Below are positions 38,955 to 52,298 of a stretch of 64,000 nt of DNA, in pieces (positions within the stretch are counted from its first letter, which is position 1; each line of letters starts with the position of its first letter). The stretch is from Eledone cirrhosa (taxonomy: Eukaryota). The position numbers and the translations under genes were made by a program. The notes under the pieces were generated by a model. That model was not told the origin of the DNA, searched no databases, and was given only the letters and a program-made list of their open reading frames with translations. The stretch covers positions 9,486,001 to 9,550,000 of the forward strand of contig OZ024752.1 in assembly GCA_964016885.1 (NCBI GenBank), written 5' to 3'.

Positions 38955-39930
38955 TGGAAGGGAGAAAGATATATAGAGGAAGAAACGACCCAAGTACTGG
39001 ACTGGTACTTTTTTTTATCGATATTGAATGGATGAAAGGCAAAGTTGACCTCGGCGGGATTTGACCTGCGAGAGCCCAGAGCCGAAATAAATACTACAAA
39101 TCATTCTATCTGATGTTTTAACGACTCTACCATTCTATCTGATGTTTTAACGACTCTACCATTCTATCTAACTGATGTTTTAACGACTCTACCATTCTAA
39201 CTGATGTTTTAACGACTCTACCATTCTATCTGATGTTTTAACGACTCTACCATTCTATCTGATGTTTTAACGACTCTACCATTCTAACTGATGTTTTAAC
39301 GACTCTACCATTCTAACTGATGTTTTAACGACTCTACCATTCTATCTGATGTTTTAACGACTCTACCATTCTAACTGATGTTTTAACGACTCTACCATTC
39401 TATCTGATGTTTTAACGACTCTACCATTCTAACTGATGTTTTAACGACTCTACCATTCTATCTGATGTTTTAACGACTCTACCATTCTATCTGATGTTTT
39501 AACGACTCTACCATTCTATCTGATGTTTTAACGACTCTACCATTCTAACTGATGTTTTAACGACTCTACCATTCTATCTAACTGATGTTTTAACGACTCT
39601 ACCATTCTATCTGATGTTTTAACGACTCTACCATTCTATCTGATGTTTTAACGACTCTACCATTCTATCTGATGTTTTAACGACTCTACCATTCTATCTG
39701 ATGTTTTAACGACTCTACCATTCTAACTGATGTTTTAACGACTCTACCATTCTATCTGATGTTTTAACGACTCTACCATTCTAACTGATGTTTTAACGAC
39801 TCTACCATTCTATCTGATGTTTTAACGACTCTACCATTCTATCTGATGTTTTAACGACTCTACCATTCTATCTGATGTTTTAACGACTCTACCATTCTAA
39901 CTGATGTTTTAACGACTCTACCATCAATTT
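38690..39930 (-). mobile_element. SINE A long form with 29-bp head expansion (array 39102-39924)
   Basis: Tail and core collinear with 5838-6580; unit cattctatctgatgttttaacgactctac, about 28 copies. Confidence 0.9.
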
Positions 39931-40068
39931 GCTGACAGAAATGAGATGGTAAAGACAAAATAAATGAAAAAAAAAAAAAAGAATGCACGATAAAAACATT
40001 AAACTAAATGTTGGGGATTTATTGTCATGTCATCATGTCATTTCCTTTAACCCATAACTTCTGATTCA

Positions 40069-40452
40069 GTCATGTGGTGCCGAAGTGACATGTGGTGCCA
40101 AAGTGACATGTGGCGCCGAAGTGACATGTGGCGCCAAAGTGACATGTGGCGCCGAAGTGACATGTGGCGCCGAAGTGACATGTGGCGCCGAAGTGACATG
40201 TGGCGCCGAAGTGACATGTGGCGCCGAAGTGACATGTGGTGCCGAAGTGACATGTGGTGCCGAAGTGACATGTGGTGCCAAAGTGACATGTGGTGCCGAA
40301 GTGACATGTGGTGCCGAAGTGACATGTGGTGCCAAAGTGACATGTGGCGCCGAAGTGACATGTGGTGCCAAAGTGACATGTGGTGCCAAAGTGACATGTG
40401 GCGCCGAAGTGACATGTGGTGCCGAAGTGACATGTGGTGCCGAAGTGACATG
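40069..40452. repeat. 18-bp minisatellite gtgacatgtgg(t/c)gcc(g/a)aa
   Basis: About 21 units seen directly. Confidence 0.95.
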
Positions 40453-40499
40453 CAGCGTCTTCCAAGTAATTGGAATTGAAAAGTTATACATATATCGAC

Positions 40500-40714
40500 A
40501 GTCGATTGACTTTCGTAAAATCAAACCGAGAAAACAATGTTTCCGTTGGTCTTTCCAATTGCTAATACTCTCTATCGGTCGCAACTCCAGGTAGAAGGAG
40601 CAACGTGAAATAAAATGTCTTGCTCAAGGACATAACGCATCGCTCGGTCCATAAATCGAACTCACAACTTCACCATTGCGAATTCAATTCTCTAACCACT
40701 CAGCCACGCCTTCA
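40500..40714 (-). mobile_element. SINE group B
   Basis: Reverse complement of 42219-42437. Confidence 0.85.
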
Positions 40715-41664
40715 CAGTTATACATACAGGTATTAAATTCAAAAATTCTAATCATCTTAAAACTAAAAAGCCCAGCTGAGGGCACAATTCAATTGTTACG
40801 GCTGTCGCTGGTCCCCCCCCCACCCACTACAGGGAGCCAGGGGAAATTGCTCCCCATTAAATCCGGCTCTGACTAAAGATAAGTGTTTACCTATGTATCT
40901 GAATCTGAAACTTACGATTGTTATTAAAATAAGCACGTTATAGTAGCATTAAAATGATATATGATACGGAAATTATTTAGCATAAAATTCATAAATAATA
41001 TACAATAGGGAAATTAGAGTTATATAAATGATAAAGGATTCGGAATTTATAGCTTAAAAAGGGAATAGTTATCAATGAATATGGATGGTGTTATTATGTT
41101 ATTAATTTCACCTAATGTTTATATTTCGTTATTGCGTCCCTTTTATTTTTTCCTTATTTCGGAAACTAATATTCATAAAATTTATTCAATATTGAAATTC
41201 ATTCATTCGTTTAATGGCTGATGGTAAAGGTCTCTTGAGGCAAATTACCAAGTGAAGGATATATAAATCTGAAATTTAAACACACAACACGTCTAAAATA
41301 AATATACAGGAACTAATATTAACCCAATATAATCAATACATTTCACAGCAGAAGTAAAATGAAGTTGTTTGGGAAATAAAAAAAAAACCTATGGGGATTG
41401 AAAAACAAACACAGCACACTCCATACACCACCAAATAGATCATCATTAATCCTACCAAATCGCATCTGTAATAATAATTATTGTGCACAATTTTGTACAA
41501 CCAAAACATATGAGATTCTATTCTCAACCAATACAATTATCAACAAACCGTCAGAGAGCGTCTCAAAATGTCTGCCGAAAATCTATAAACTATATAAATA
41601 TGTCGCTCTCTTAATATACCAAGATCGATAACATTTGTATTAATTTTATTTCATTGAAAACAAA

Positions 41665-42218
41665 GTATACTATAAATATTCAATATTTTATATACACACA
41701 CTGTATAAATATTCAATATTTTATATACACACTGTGTATAATTATTCAATATTTTATATACACACACTGTGTATATCTGTATATCTGGGATTGTATTTTA
41801 TATACACTGTGTATAAATATTCAATATATACACTGTGTATATATATGTGACTGTATTTTATATACACACTGTGTATAAATATTCAATATTTTATACACCC
41901 ACTGTGTATATAAAATATTCAATATTTTATACACACACTGTGTATATAAAATATTCAATATTTTATATACACACTGTGTATATCTGGGATTATATTTTAT
42001 ATATTTTATATACACACTGTATATATATGGAATTGTATTTTATATACACATTGTGTATAAATATTCAATATTTTATATACACAATGCGTATATATGAGAT
42101 TATATTTTATATACACACTGTATATATCTGGGATTATATTTTATATACACACTGTGTATAAATATTCAATATTTTATACACTGTGTATATATTTTATATA
42201 TTTTATATACACACTGTG
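41665..42218. repeat. AT-rich minisatellite of about 32 bp
   Basis: tatatacacactgtgtataaatattcaatattt variants. Confidence 0.85.
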
Positions 42219-42437
42219 AAGGCGTGTGGCTGAGTGGTTAGAGAATTGGATTCGCAATCGTAAGGTTGTGAGTTCGATTCCTGGACAGGGCGATGCGTTA
42301 TGTCCTTGAGCAAGACACTTTATTTCACGTTGCTCCTTCTACCTGGAGTTGCGACCGATAGATAGTATTAAGAATTTGAAAGACCAACGGAAACATTGTT
42401 TCGTCGGTCCGATTTGACGAAAGTCGATCGATTAAAA
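42219..42437 (+). mobile_element. SINE group B, full length with TSD
   Basis: A box tggctgagtgg, B box gagttcgattcc, CORE-like gtccttgagcaagacact; TSD atatacacactgtg. Another copy at 58362-58532. Confidence 0.9.
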
Positions 42438-42602
42438 ATATACACACTGTGTTTTCTGGGATTCTATTTTCAACGTCTCTTCCTATCGGGATTCTAAATA
42501 TATGATTGTTCTAATGTGAGGTTGTGAGGGGAATTTAGCTGCTATTTCCAACACAGCAATGATTATCTAGAGTTTTCCATTATCCAGTATTACGTATTAT
42601 GA

Positions 42603-42925
42603 GAGAGCGCGTGGCTTTGTGGTTAGGGTATTCGACTCACAATCATAAGGTCGTGAGTTCGATTCCTGGCGGTGCCTTGTGTCCTTGAGCAAGACACTTT
42701 ATTTCACATTGCTCCAGTCCACGCCGCTGGCAAAAATGAGTTGTACCTTTAGTTCGAAGGGCCAGCTTTGCCACATTCTGTGTCACACTGAATCTCCCTG
42801 AGAACTACGTTAAGGGTACGCATGTTTGTGTAATGCTCAGCCACTTGAAAGTTAATTTCACGAGCAGGGTGTCCCGTTGATTGGATCAACTGGAACACTC
42901 GTCGTCGTAACCGACGGAGGGCCTC
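42603..42925 (+). mobile_element. SINE group B, alternative 3' body
   Basis: Same head and core, different tail; decayed minus copy at about 47790-48110. Confidence 0.85.
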
Positions 42926-43135
42926 ATGTGTAGGTTATCTTATACTTTCAGTATATAACTATGTTATATAAAGAAGCCTACTCGACAGTCTTTGAACACA
43001 GTATCCTCAGGTATAAATAGTATTTTGACAAAGTGTGAAATATATGTAACGATATGGGTTGTGATAGCTCTCGGGTTAATAGCTACAAGTTTGTATATGG
43101 TTACTGATGCTGACATGTTACTTAGCTAATTACAG

Positions 43136-43261
43136 AACAGGAAAGGAAACATTGGATAAAGTCTGGAACTGACTGGGAAAATGACAAGAAATGTGGTGAT
43201 CTACCGAGCTGTAATCAAATCTTACCAAATGAAAATAGGTATAACATTATTCGCAAGGAAG
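43136..43261 (+). CDS. Candidate internal exon (QERKHWIKSGTDWENDKKCGDLPSCNQILPNENRYNIIRKE)
   Basis: ctaattacag acceptor, 126 nt open, phase 1-1, AAG|GTGTGT donor. Confidence 0.45.
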
Positions 43262-43714
43262 GTGTGTAATCGAGTGAAGAGTTACTAGATTTAATAATAA
43301 ATTACTGTTAAATATTTTATGGATCCTGAAGCAATGAGTGATAACACTAATCTTGTTGGATTCAAACTAAGACAAGTAGAAAGAAGAAACTAAACACTGT
43401 ATGAAATTTAGCTTAACGTTCTAACGTTTCCATCAGTTTCTTGTGGTAATTTATATTGATAGTGATGCAGTCAATTTAGTGACACAAGATAAGCGAACAT
43501 ATTACTTGTTACTGAAATCTCCAGTAAAATCTATTTAAGTGATATGTAAAATAGATGATACTGCTCATACAATTGTTGTTTTCATAGAATATAGAGTATC
43601 GTTCAACGATAGTTTTCATTGCTAACAGAGGCTCAGATTTTCGGTAAAACTAGTTCACCATTCAATACTATTCTCTCTCAAGTTGAAACTGTTTATCTTA
43701 TGTAGATAAGATAA

Positions 43715-44360
43715 GAAATAGTTGTAGGGGCGCCGTAGTGACATACGGCATTTGGAGGGCAATTTTTAAAACCTGGCGGAGCCCATCCCTCTCCAGGTAT
43801 GATGGAAACCACAAGCAGTCACTAATAACAGGCGGTGCAAGCTCTGCTATCCCGATGTCATCTCCAGAGATTCTGGTATTGAAATCCAGGATTTCTGCGG
43901 CGGCAATGAACGACAGACCCACTTGTTGAGTCAATTTCGGCTGAGAAGGATGATGATGATGATGATGATGATTATTATTATTACAGCAGATTTCTTCCAG
44001 AGAATGATAGACAATGAGAGAATGGAGCTTGGCTGGTCTCGCTTGGGGATCCAGCGGGAACAATAGGAGATCGTTGCATCTGACAGGACCCACTGGAAGA
44101 AGTGTTGAGGACTCTGCCCCCACGACCCTCTCAGTAGGAAGAAGAAAATGAATAAGAAGAAGACAAAGAAGAAAGAAAAAAGGCCAGGTGGGAGGGAAAA
44201 TTGATTATACCGAGCCCCGACCCCCAGTGCTTTATTTTATCGGCTCCATTGGATTAACAAGAAAGTTAATCTTAGTGGGATTTGAAACCTGTACGTTTGA
44301 GGAAAGTAATGAAATACTACAAGACATTTCATTCAACCCATTCACCACACCAACCTCTCT
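43715..44360. mobile_element. SINE A long form (-) interrupted by two RTE 3' fragments (+)
   Basis: SINE tail is broken at about 43798 and resumes at 43982; inserts 43800-43980 and 44005-44160. Confidence 0.75.
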
Positions 44361-44384
44361 ACACTTCATTTTAGATGGATTATT

Positions 44385-44605
44385 GTAAAAAGCAGTCAGT
44401 ATCGGTAGAGCGTCGGACAACAACAACAGTGTTACGGCCCTTTGCGCTCTGAGTTCAAATCCCGCCGAAGTTAGCTTTGCCTTTCATCCTTATAGGGTCG
44501 GTAAATATAAAGTACCAGTAATGTACTGGGGTTGATTTAATCGACATTTGCCTTCCCCCCAAAAAAAAGAATTGCTGGCCTTGTGCCTAAATCATAAACC
44601 ATTAT
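44385..44605 (+). mobile_element. SINE A short form
   Basis: Conserved core. Further copies at 45326-45512 (-), 50688-51063 (two, -), 53165-53310, 54930-55060 and 55145-55331. Confidence 0.9.
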
Positions 44606-44664
44606 TATCATTTGTTTTTCTGTCTAGTCCTGCTAGTTCTTTCACTGTTCAGTTCAGAACGTTA

Positions 44665-45065
44665 AAACTGTAACTTGTTACCAATTACATCAATTGTCAA
44701 GTCAAGAGTACTCAAACTATACGGTCATATAAAAAGATCAACTCGTGGTATGAGTAGGTTATGCCTGGAAAGAAGGTTGGCTGGTAAGAGAAGCAGAGGC
44801 CGGCAGCCAAAACAATGGCTTGATAATGTCAACTTATGGACTGGACTTGATCTTTGCTCTTTAAACTCTGCTGGTGGTGATCGAAAGGTATTATATATTC
44901 CTAGAAGGAAGGTTGGCTGGTAGGAGAAGCAGAGGCCGGCAGCCAAAACAATGGCTTGACAATGTCAACTTATGGACTGGACTTGATCTTTGCTCTTTAA
45001 ACTCTGCTGGTGGTGATCGAAAGGTATTATATATTCCTGGAAGGAAGGTTGGCTGGTAAGAGAAC
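44665..45065 (+). mobile_element. RTE fragment with tandem duplication of about 137 bp
   Basis: LKLYGHIKR...LAGKRSRGRQPKQWLDNV; the second half is repeated. Confidence 0.8.
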
Positions 45066-45577
45066 ACTAGAGATGACTGAGGAAGGAAGTGGTGATGACG
45101 TCACGCACTTGAGATGATTGAGGAAGGGTGATGACGTCACGCACTAGAGATGACTGTAAGATTATATATATGCAATCTCTCTATCCATCTATATACATAT
45201 ATATATATATACATGTATACCCAGGGAGTGTAAAGCGAAGTTACTGTAGGTTCACCCAGGTGACCACTCGATGTCTAGGTTCACGTCAGTGGCGGGGTGT
45301 AGAGCTAGACAGAGTGTAATATAATTGTTTCTACTTTTGGCACAAGGCCAGCAATTATCCCAGTGATTTACTGGTACTTTATTTTATCGATCCCATAAGG
45401 ATGAAAGGCAAAGTTAACCTCGCCGGGATTTGAACTCAGACAATAAGGGCCTTAACTCTTTGCTTGCAAAGCATGGCGTCTGACCCTCTACCGATACTGC
45501 CAATCCACGGCTCATTCAGAGTGTAATATAATAATACAAGGACGATTTGTTAAGCCTTCATTACGTTTATTGATTGG

Positions 45578-45679
<102 letters not shown>

Positions 45680-45722
45680 GATATTAAATAAATGGAAACT
45701 ATATTTATAAAACCATATTTAT

Positions 45723-45774
45723 TCTATTATATATATTTCAAGGGTACCAAACCTTTGGTACGCTCTCATCAGAT
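45723..45774 (-). ncRNA. Type I hammerhead (left arm of palindrome, 5' stem I truncated)
   Basis: CTGATGA-gagcgtacca...tggtaccctt-GAAA-tatata-TA. Confidence 0.65.
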
Positions 45775-45857
45775 TTGTTTTATAAATATTGACATAACCA
45801 GGAAGAAGATCTTAACGGTTCAAGTTTTTCCTGGATATTTATAAAACAAAGTTTGTT

Positions 45858-45914
45858 TTTTATCTGATGAGAGCATACCTAAGTTTTGGTACCCTTGAAA
45901 TATATATAATAGAA
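45858..45914 (+). ncRNA. Type I hammerhead (right arm of palindrome)
   Basis: ttttat-CTGATGA-gagcatacc...ggtaccctt-GAAA-tatata-TA-atagaa. Confidence 0.75.
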
Positions 45915-46047
45915 TAAATATGGTTTTATAAATATAGTTTCCATTTATTTAATATCATTGAATATTATATTCCAGAAAACATGTCGAGTGCTTCGAATCA
46001 GTTATAAACATTTTGTATTTGTTGAATTACCAACAAATTAAATATCC

Positions 46048-46108
<61 letters not shown>

Positions 46109-46115
46109 CATACAA

Positions 46116-46166
<51 letters not shown>

Positions 46167-46168
46167 TT

Positions 46169-46226
<58 letters not shown>

Positions 46227-46234
46227 TTTATATA

Positions 46235-46315
<81 letters not shown>

Positions 46316-46608
46316 GGAAAAAATGAAATTTCATTTCTCACTCTTAGCACGGCGGATACTTAAATAATAGTATGTATACGTACATACATATATGTATACA
46401 GACGTACAGTAGTATGTATACGTACATATACATACATATATGTATACAGACGTACAGTAGTATGTATATACATACATACATGCACACATATATATATGTA
46501 CATATGGGTTTACCGAACATTTATTATAATGTTCGGTTTGTTTGTAAACAAACAGCCCGAATTAAGCCGTACAGTGTTCTGCAACCATCGTTGCCCTTTT
46601 GTTCAGCA

Positions 46609-46677
46609 CTGACAAAGGAACGATGAACTAGTTTCTAGCTTCTTAGCTGTCATCAGCACCGTATACCTTCCTGTCAG
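46609..46677 (-). ncRNA. Extended type I hammerhead
   Basis: ctgacaggaa-ggtata-cggtg-CTGATGA-cagctaagaagcta-GAAA-ctag-TT-catcg-ttcctttgtcag. Confidence 0.8.
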
Positions 46678-46859
46678 TCGATTGAACGTTTGAAAGTATA
46701 TACTTTCCTTATGCATATTAACGGTTGAGCAGCCGCCTAATTTGCATATCGAGTGAGTTAGTCGGCCGGGTGTACCGAAAACGATAAATGGAAAAAATGA
46801 AATTTCATTTCTCACTCTTAGTACGGCTGATACTTAAATATAAGTATGTATACGTACGA

Positions 46860-46928
46860 CTGACAGGAAGGTATACGGTGCTGATGACAGCTAATAAGCT
46901 AGAAACTAGTTCATCGTTCCTTTGTCAG
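46860..46928 (+). ncRNA. Extended type I hammerhead
   Basis: Same motif, loop 2 aata; core at 46881-46911. Confidence 0.8.
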
Positions 46929-47035
46929 TGTTGAACAAAAGGGCAACGATTGTTGCCGAACACTGTACGGCTTAATTCGGGCTGTTTGTTTACAAACGAA
47001 CCGAACATTATAATAAATGTTTGGTAAACCCATAC

Positions 47036-47085
<50 letters not shown>

Positions 47086-47221
47086 ATGTATGTATATACA
47101 TACTACTGTACATCTGTATACATATATGTATGTACGTACACATACTTATATATATATATATATAAATATATACATATATATATATATATAATTAGAAAGT
47201 GAACAACACAAAATATAACTA

Positions 47222-47287
47222 CTCCATTACCAAAGGTTTCTGGATCCCAGACATAATATATACGCCTGGATCGTTCGTCAGACAGAG
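47222..47287 (-). ncRNA. Type I hammerhead ribozyme
   Basis: ctctgt-CTGACGA-gatccaggcgta/tatgtctgggatc-GAAA-cctttgg-TA-atggag; a 95-bp island between (TA)n tracts. Confidence 0.7.
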
Positions 47288-47290
47288 ATG

Positions 47291-47339
<49 letters not shown>

Positions 47340-47427
47340 GTGTGCGTGAAAAGTAACGTCCTATTATTACACACACTCACTCTTGTGAGTGTGTGTAAAC
47401 AGAGCTTTTCTTTTCACATACACTGTG

Positions 47428-47522
<95 letters not shown>

Positions 47523-48317
47523 GATCTACTTATATATATCTACTTCTGTATGAAATAACACACACCAGTGCTCTCCGATATGTTTGTCACTTAATTTTCA
47601 TGATAGGTCCTTCTTATAATCTAATCACATATTTCCCGATAATAAGATATCGACTTTATCAAACAATTCTCGTCTTCAACTGTAATCTAATAAACATGTT
47701 TGCCGGCTATTAATGTGGAAAACTTTCGATAACCTTATCTCTTATATTTACTATGTTGCTCTAGCTCTTTGAACAATACTCAGTGGATATCAGTCGATTT
47801 CGACGATGACTATCCCAGTTGTTCACTCAACGGAACAACCTGTTCACGAAACTAACGGTAAGTAGCTGAGCAATTTTAACTTAATTCTCAGGAAGATTAA
47901 GTGTGTCAGTGTGTTACAAGGCTAGCCCTTTGAAATACAGGGATATTCGAATGGCTTCCGAAGTTTCCATCTCCCCTATTCCACTCACAGGACATGGGCC
48001 GACGAGAATATATAGTAAATGACACTTGGCCAATACGACAGAGAGTAGAATCGAACCAGGAACCAAAGTATTGCGAAGGGAAGTGAACTTCTTTGTCATT
48101 CAGCCATGATAAATCTATTAACAATAGTACAACCCGTCTGAGGAAGAGGCCACGCGAGGCGGGGTGGCTTGCAGCGGGTGTCAAGTCCACGGGTCGCAGC
48201 CCCAGACCCTATTACCCTCCCCGTCCCACTCTTCTGTGACCCTAGAACCCTTGCCTCTTCTTTTTCCATTTTCATAACAACAAGGGACACTTGCATTTTT
48301 TACAATAAAAGAATTAA

Positions 48318-48421
<104 letters not shown>

Positions 48422-49322
48422 TAAAATAACAGATTAAAGTTTAAGCAAAGAATCGCTGCTTTCAACCTTAACGGAATCTTCTGAAACTGAAAAAAATCAA
48501 TCTGTGAACGCAGAAGTAAATATTTCGAAAAACGTTGCAATCGAATGAAAACAAGAAGACGATACTTTGGTTCGTGAAGACGTTCCCTGGCAATGAACGG
48601 AAAAAAGCGAAGATAATACGTCTTTATATATAAAGACCCTGACTGAGCTCCTGCCGTTTCAACAGCTAGATCCGAACTCAGATTTTTTATATTACCACTC
48701 TATTACCCCAAGTATCGAGTACCCTTGTGAGTAACGGACTAACTGGTTTTTACTGCATCCATTCTGGTGTGTGTGTGCGTGTGCGTGCGTGTGTGTGCGT
48801 GCGTGTGTGCGCGTGCGTGTGTGTGCGTGTGCCCCGGGTTCAATAGGCGGTAACCACAGTAAGTAAAGTACCCATGATTTCCTTCGAATGAAACAGTTCT
48901 AGTCCTGTAGAAGCGATTTCTATATATATATTTATGTATACGCTCTTCCTGTTATTTCAAGCGTTAACCTAATATATTCCTTCCATTTACTGTACCGATT
49001 GTATTATTATTTCTATTTACCAGTAATGCACTGGGTAATTGCTGGCCTTGTGCCAACAGTAGAAACAATTATTATTTCTGTTTACCTTTTACATACACAC
49101 ACACACATATTATATACATACACACACACACATTACATACATACATACACATACACCCACATACATACACACATATATATATATACATACATATATATAC
49201 ATACACACTTATATATACATACATATATATACATACACACATATATACATACACACATATATACATACATATACATACATTCACATATATATACATACAT
49301 ATACATACATTCACATATTTTA

Positions 49323-49360
<38 letters not shown>

Positions 49361-49364
<4 letters not shown>

Positions 49365-49540
49365 TAAAATAACAGATTAAAGTTTAAGCAAAGAATCGCT
49401 GCTTTCACCCTTAACAGGATCTTCTGAAACTTTAATCTGTTATTTTAATAAATATTTGCTCTACGGTTCTTATATATTTGATATATATTTATCCTTATCG
49501 AGCCCTCTTTGGATTTTAGTCTTCAAATTTATTATTATTA
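49361..49540. mobile_element. (TA)n-associated repeat with fold-back
   Basis: Arms ttattaaaataacagattaaagttt / aaactttaatctgttattttaataa; family also at 9522-9648, 48422-48490 and 63337-63440. Confidence 0.65.
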
Positions 49541-49625
49541 CTATATATATATATATATATATAAACATAGTACGGATATGTACAATAACGGCTTGATTTT
49601 CTCCCTTCCTTTGCTACTGCCACAG

Positions 49626-49702
49626 ACGCCGCTGTTGGCGTCTGTGAACAACTGGAAGAATTGTTAGAAACCAAGAATTCCAAGGCGAACATTTACCTTT
49701 GA
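49626..49702 (+). CDS. Candidate terminal coding exon (AAVGVCEQLEELLETKNSKANIYL*)
   Basis: Strong polypyrimidine tract plus cacag; phase 1 compatible with 43136-43261; AATAAA at 50261. Confidence 0.4.
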
Positions 49703-50283
49703 CAAGAAATATTTACGACCACCAATTTCTTCCGCTCATTCACTTCCTAAGAGTTCTTGTGTTGCATTTAATTTTATTGCATTCTTTTCAGAACCTCTGC
49801 ACCATACTGCATTCTAAATATACGAATCTATTGGATTATCATATGCAATATTATTTTAAATACCCAGCATGTCCAGTATATAAGAAGTATTCAAAATCGT
49901 ACGATTCCTTTGAAACGATCTTTTCGAATTGATATTAAAAAAAAGAGAGAGAAAATCTCGCTGCAAGTGTTTAATAGATATATTACATAGAAGATTTCAA
50001 AAGTTGGGAGTAAGGTCAAGTTTTGAATAAGGTTTAGTGTTCAAAGCAATAGATCTTAGACTATTTGGTATCTCTTGTGATATTCTAGCAAAAAGGAAAT
50101 GGAAAAAAATGTCAAAGTGAAAGATGTAGACATGTCCAAGGTTACAAATATATCTATGCTTATTAAATATAGAAGATACATTTGCAGTTGAGAACTGTTA
50201 TAGAAATGTTACAATATCTTTTTATTAGATTTTATTGCTACAGGCGAGAGAGAATGTCAAAATAAAGGCTTTATATATCAGCA

Positions 50284-50565
50284 TCAGCCGGCGGTCTCAG
50301 CTAAAATGAACTTAACAATTGATCTCCATGTGGGTCTGTCGTTTATTGCCGTTGTCAAGTCCTGGATTTCAATACCAGAATCTCTGGAGATGACATCGGG
50401 ATAGGAGAGCTTGCGTCCCCTGTTATTAGTGATTGCTTGTGGTTTCCAAAGCACTAATGGGGACACAGCCTCATATGTGGCAAGATGGCAGTGGCCAGCA
50501 AATCTTACTCTCCTTTTACGTACAACGACAGATATGCGTGGGAGGCCGGCATATATATCTCTCAA
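50284..50565 (-). mobile_element. RTE LINE 3' fragment
   Basis: RRVRFAGHC...LVLWKP...RGRKLSYPDVISRD...NDRPTWRSIV. Confidence 0.85.
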
Positions 50566-51923
50566 AGGCAGATGTCACCAGCTTATGTTTTGAATGTGTT
50601 GTCCACAAAATAACTCTGAATTTCTAGAAACCTTTGTTGGCCACTTAGTGTTAAAAGGATTATTCATTAAAGATTGTGGAAAAATAATTGTTTCTACTTT
50701 TGGCACAAGGCCAGCAATTACCCAGTGCATTACTGGTACTTTATTTTATCGACCCCGTAAGGATGAAAGGCAAAGTTAACCTTGGTGGGATTTGAACTCA
50801 GACCGCAAAGAAACGTAACTCTATGCTGCAAAGCATGGCGTCCGACCCTCTACCGATACTGCCAATCCGCCGTATATATATAATTGTTTCTACTTTGGGC
50901 ACGAGGCCAGCAATTACCTCAGTGTATTACTGGTACTTTATTTTATCGACCCCGTAAGGATGAAAGGCAAAGTTAACCTCGGCAGGATTTGAACTCAGAC
51001 CGCAAAGGGACGTAACTCTACGCTGCAAAGCATGGCATCCGACGCTCTACCGATACTGCCAATCAACATAATATTGACCATATGTATGTTAATGAAACGT
51101 GATACTACTCGCTCTGATCGATCAACAAGATCTCAGACCTCATTCGTTTGCCGAGTTGGCGGGGGACCTCGTCAAATGGGACCAAGGAAACAATGCTTGG
51201 AGGGAACAGTAGAGAGTTTTCTTAGATTGCCATGGTAATGACAAAGCTTCCCAAAGAAAAGAGACATTTAAAATAGATGTCTCGTACCCAACATATATAT
51301 AAGTTAAAACAGAAAACAAAAGCAATAACGAGGAGTGCAGTACAAAGTGTTAGTATTAGGTTCACGCTTGAGAGTGGGGGACGACGTTTTGAGCATAAGC
51401 CCTTCATGAGGGGAAAAGTAGGAAGGAAAAGAGTTCCGAGGGTGTGAGAGGGAGTGGTGGAAAGACATTAAAAGGGAGGGGGAGGGAAAAAAATAAAAAA
51501 ATAAAAATGAAACAAGTGGTGAAAGGATATGAGGCGTGTGGGGATGATGGAGGGGGGAGAGGGGATAGGAAGACAGGGGTCCGAGTGGGAGGGCGGAAGG
51601 TGGTGTGTGTGTATGTGTGTAGGTGTACGTATGTGTGTGTATGTGAGTGTGAGAGTTTGGGGAAGAACGAGGTGCCATGTTCGGGTAATAGGAAAAGCAG
51701 TGTGTACATGGGTGGGGTGTAAGTCAGTGTGTGTGTGTGTGTGTGTGGATGTGTGTGTGTGGATGGAGAGAGGTCAGAGGGGACGAGGGAGAGGGGGCGT
51801 GCGGAGTCCGGAGGCCGAGTACGTGAGGATACGCACGTGTGTGTGTGTGTGTGTGCGTGTGTGTGCGTGTGTGTGTTTGTGTGGTGTGGATGTATGGTTG
51901 GGTGTGTGCGAAAATAGTGTAAG

Positions 51924-51961
<38 letters not shown>

Positions 51962-51999
51962 CCTGAATATTTTCCCGCGGAGTACAGGAAGAGATGGTG

Positions 52000-52051
<52 letters not shown>

Positions 52052-52162
52052 TTGGGGTTCAATCGAGAGTAACCACAGTAAGTAAAGTACTCAGTACATT
52101 AGCAGAGTGTAAACACCAAATTTAATATAGAAATGGCTTCTACAGGATTAGAACTGTTTCAT

Positions 52163-52253
<91 letters not shown>

Positions 52254-52266
52254 GTATTTCAATGGA

Positions 52267-52298
<32 letters not shown>

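Larger units (their letters stand above)
46311..47150. mobile_element. Retrozyme-like non-coding element: about 1.15 tandem units (-) plus an inverted partial unit (+)
   Basis: Direct repeat at 46311 and 46785 (period 474); 46858-47150 is the reverse complement of about 46365-46679; embedded in (TA)n. Confidence 0.75.

Noticed and set aside
40047-40594. His/Cys-rich repeat proteins (MSLRHH, CHFGTT)
   Set aside because: 18-bp minisatellite open in several frames on both strands.
42219-42290. tRNA gene
   Set aside because: A and B boxes belong to a multi-copy SINE with a TSD; no complete cloverleaf.
45092-45152. Paired CRE sites (TGACGTCA)
   Set aside because: Product of a 36-bp local duplication next to an RTE fragment, with no promoter context.
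48575-48612. Further hammerheads here and at 29812, 30258, 51375 and 59455
   Set aside because: Each lacks core nucleotides or a whole stem; possible relics, not callable.
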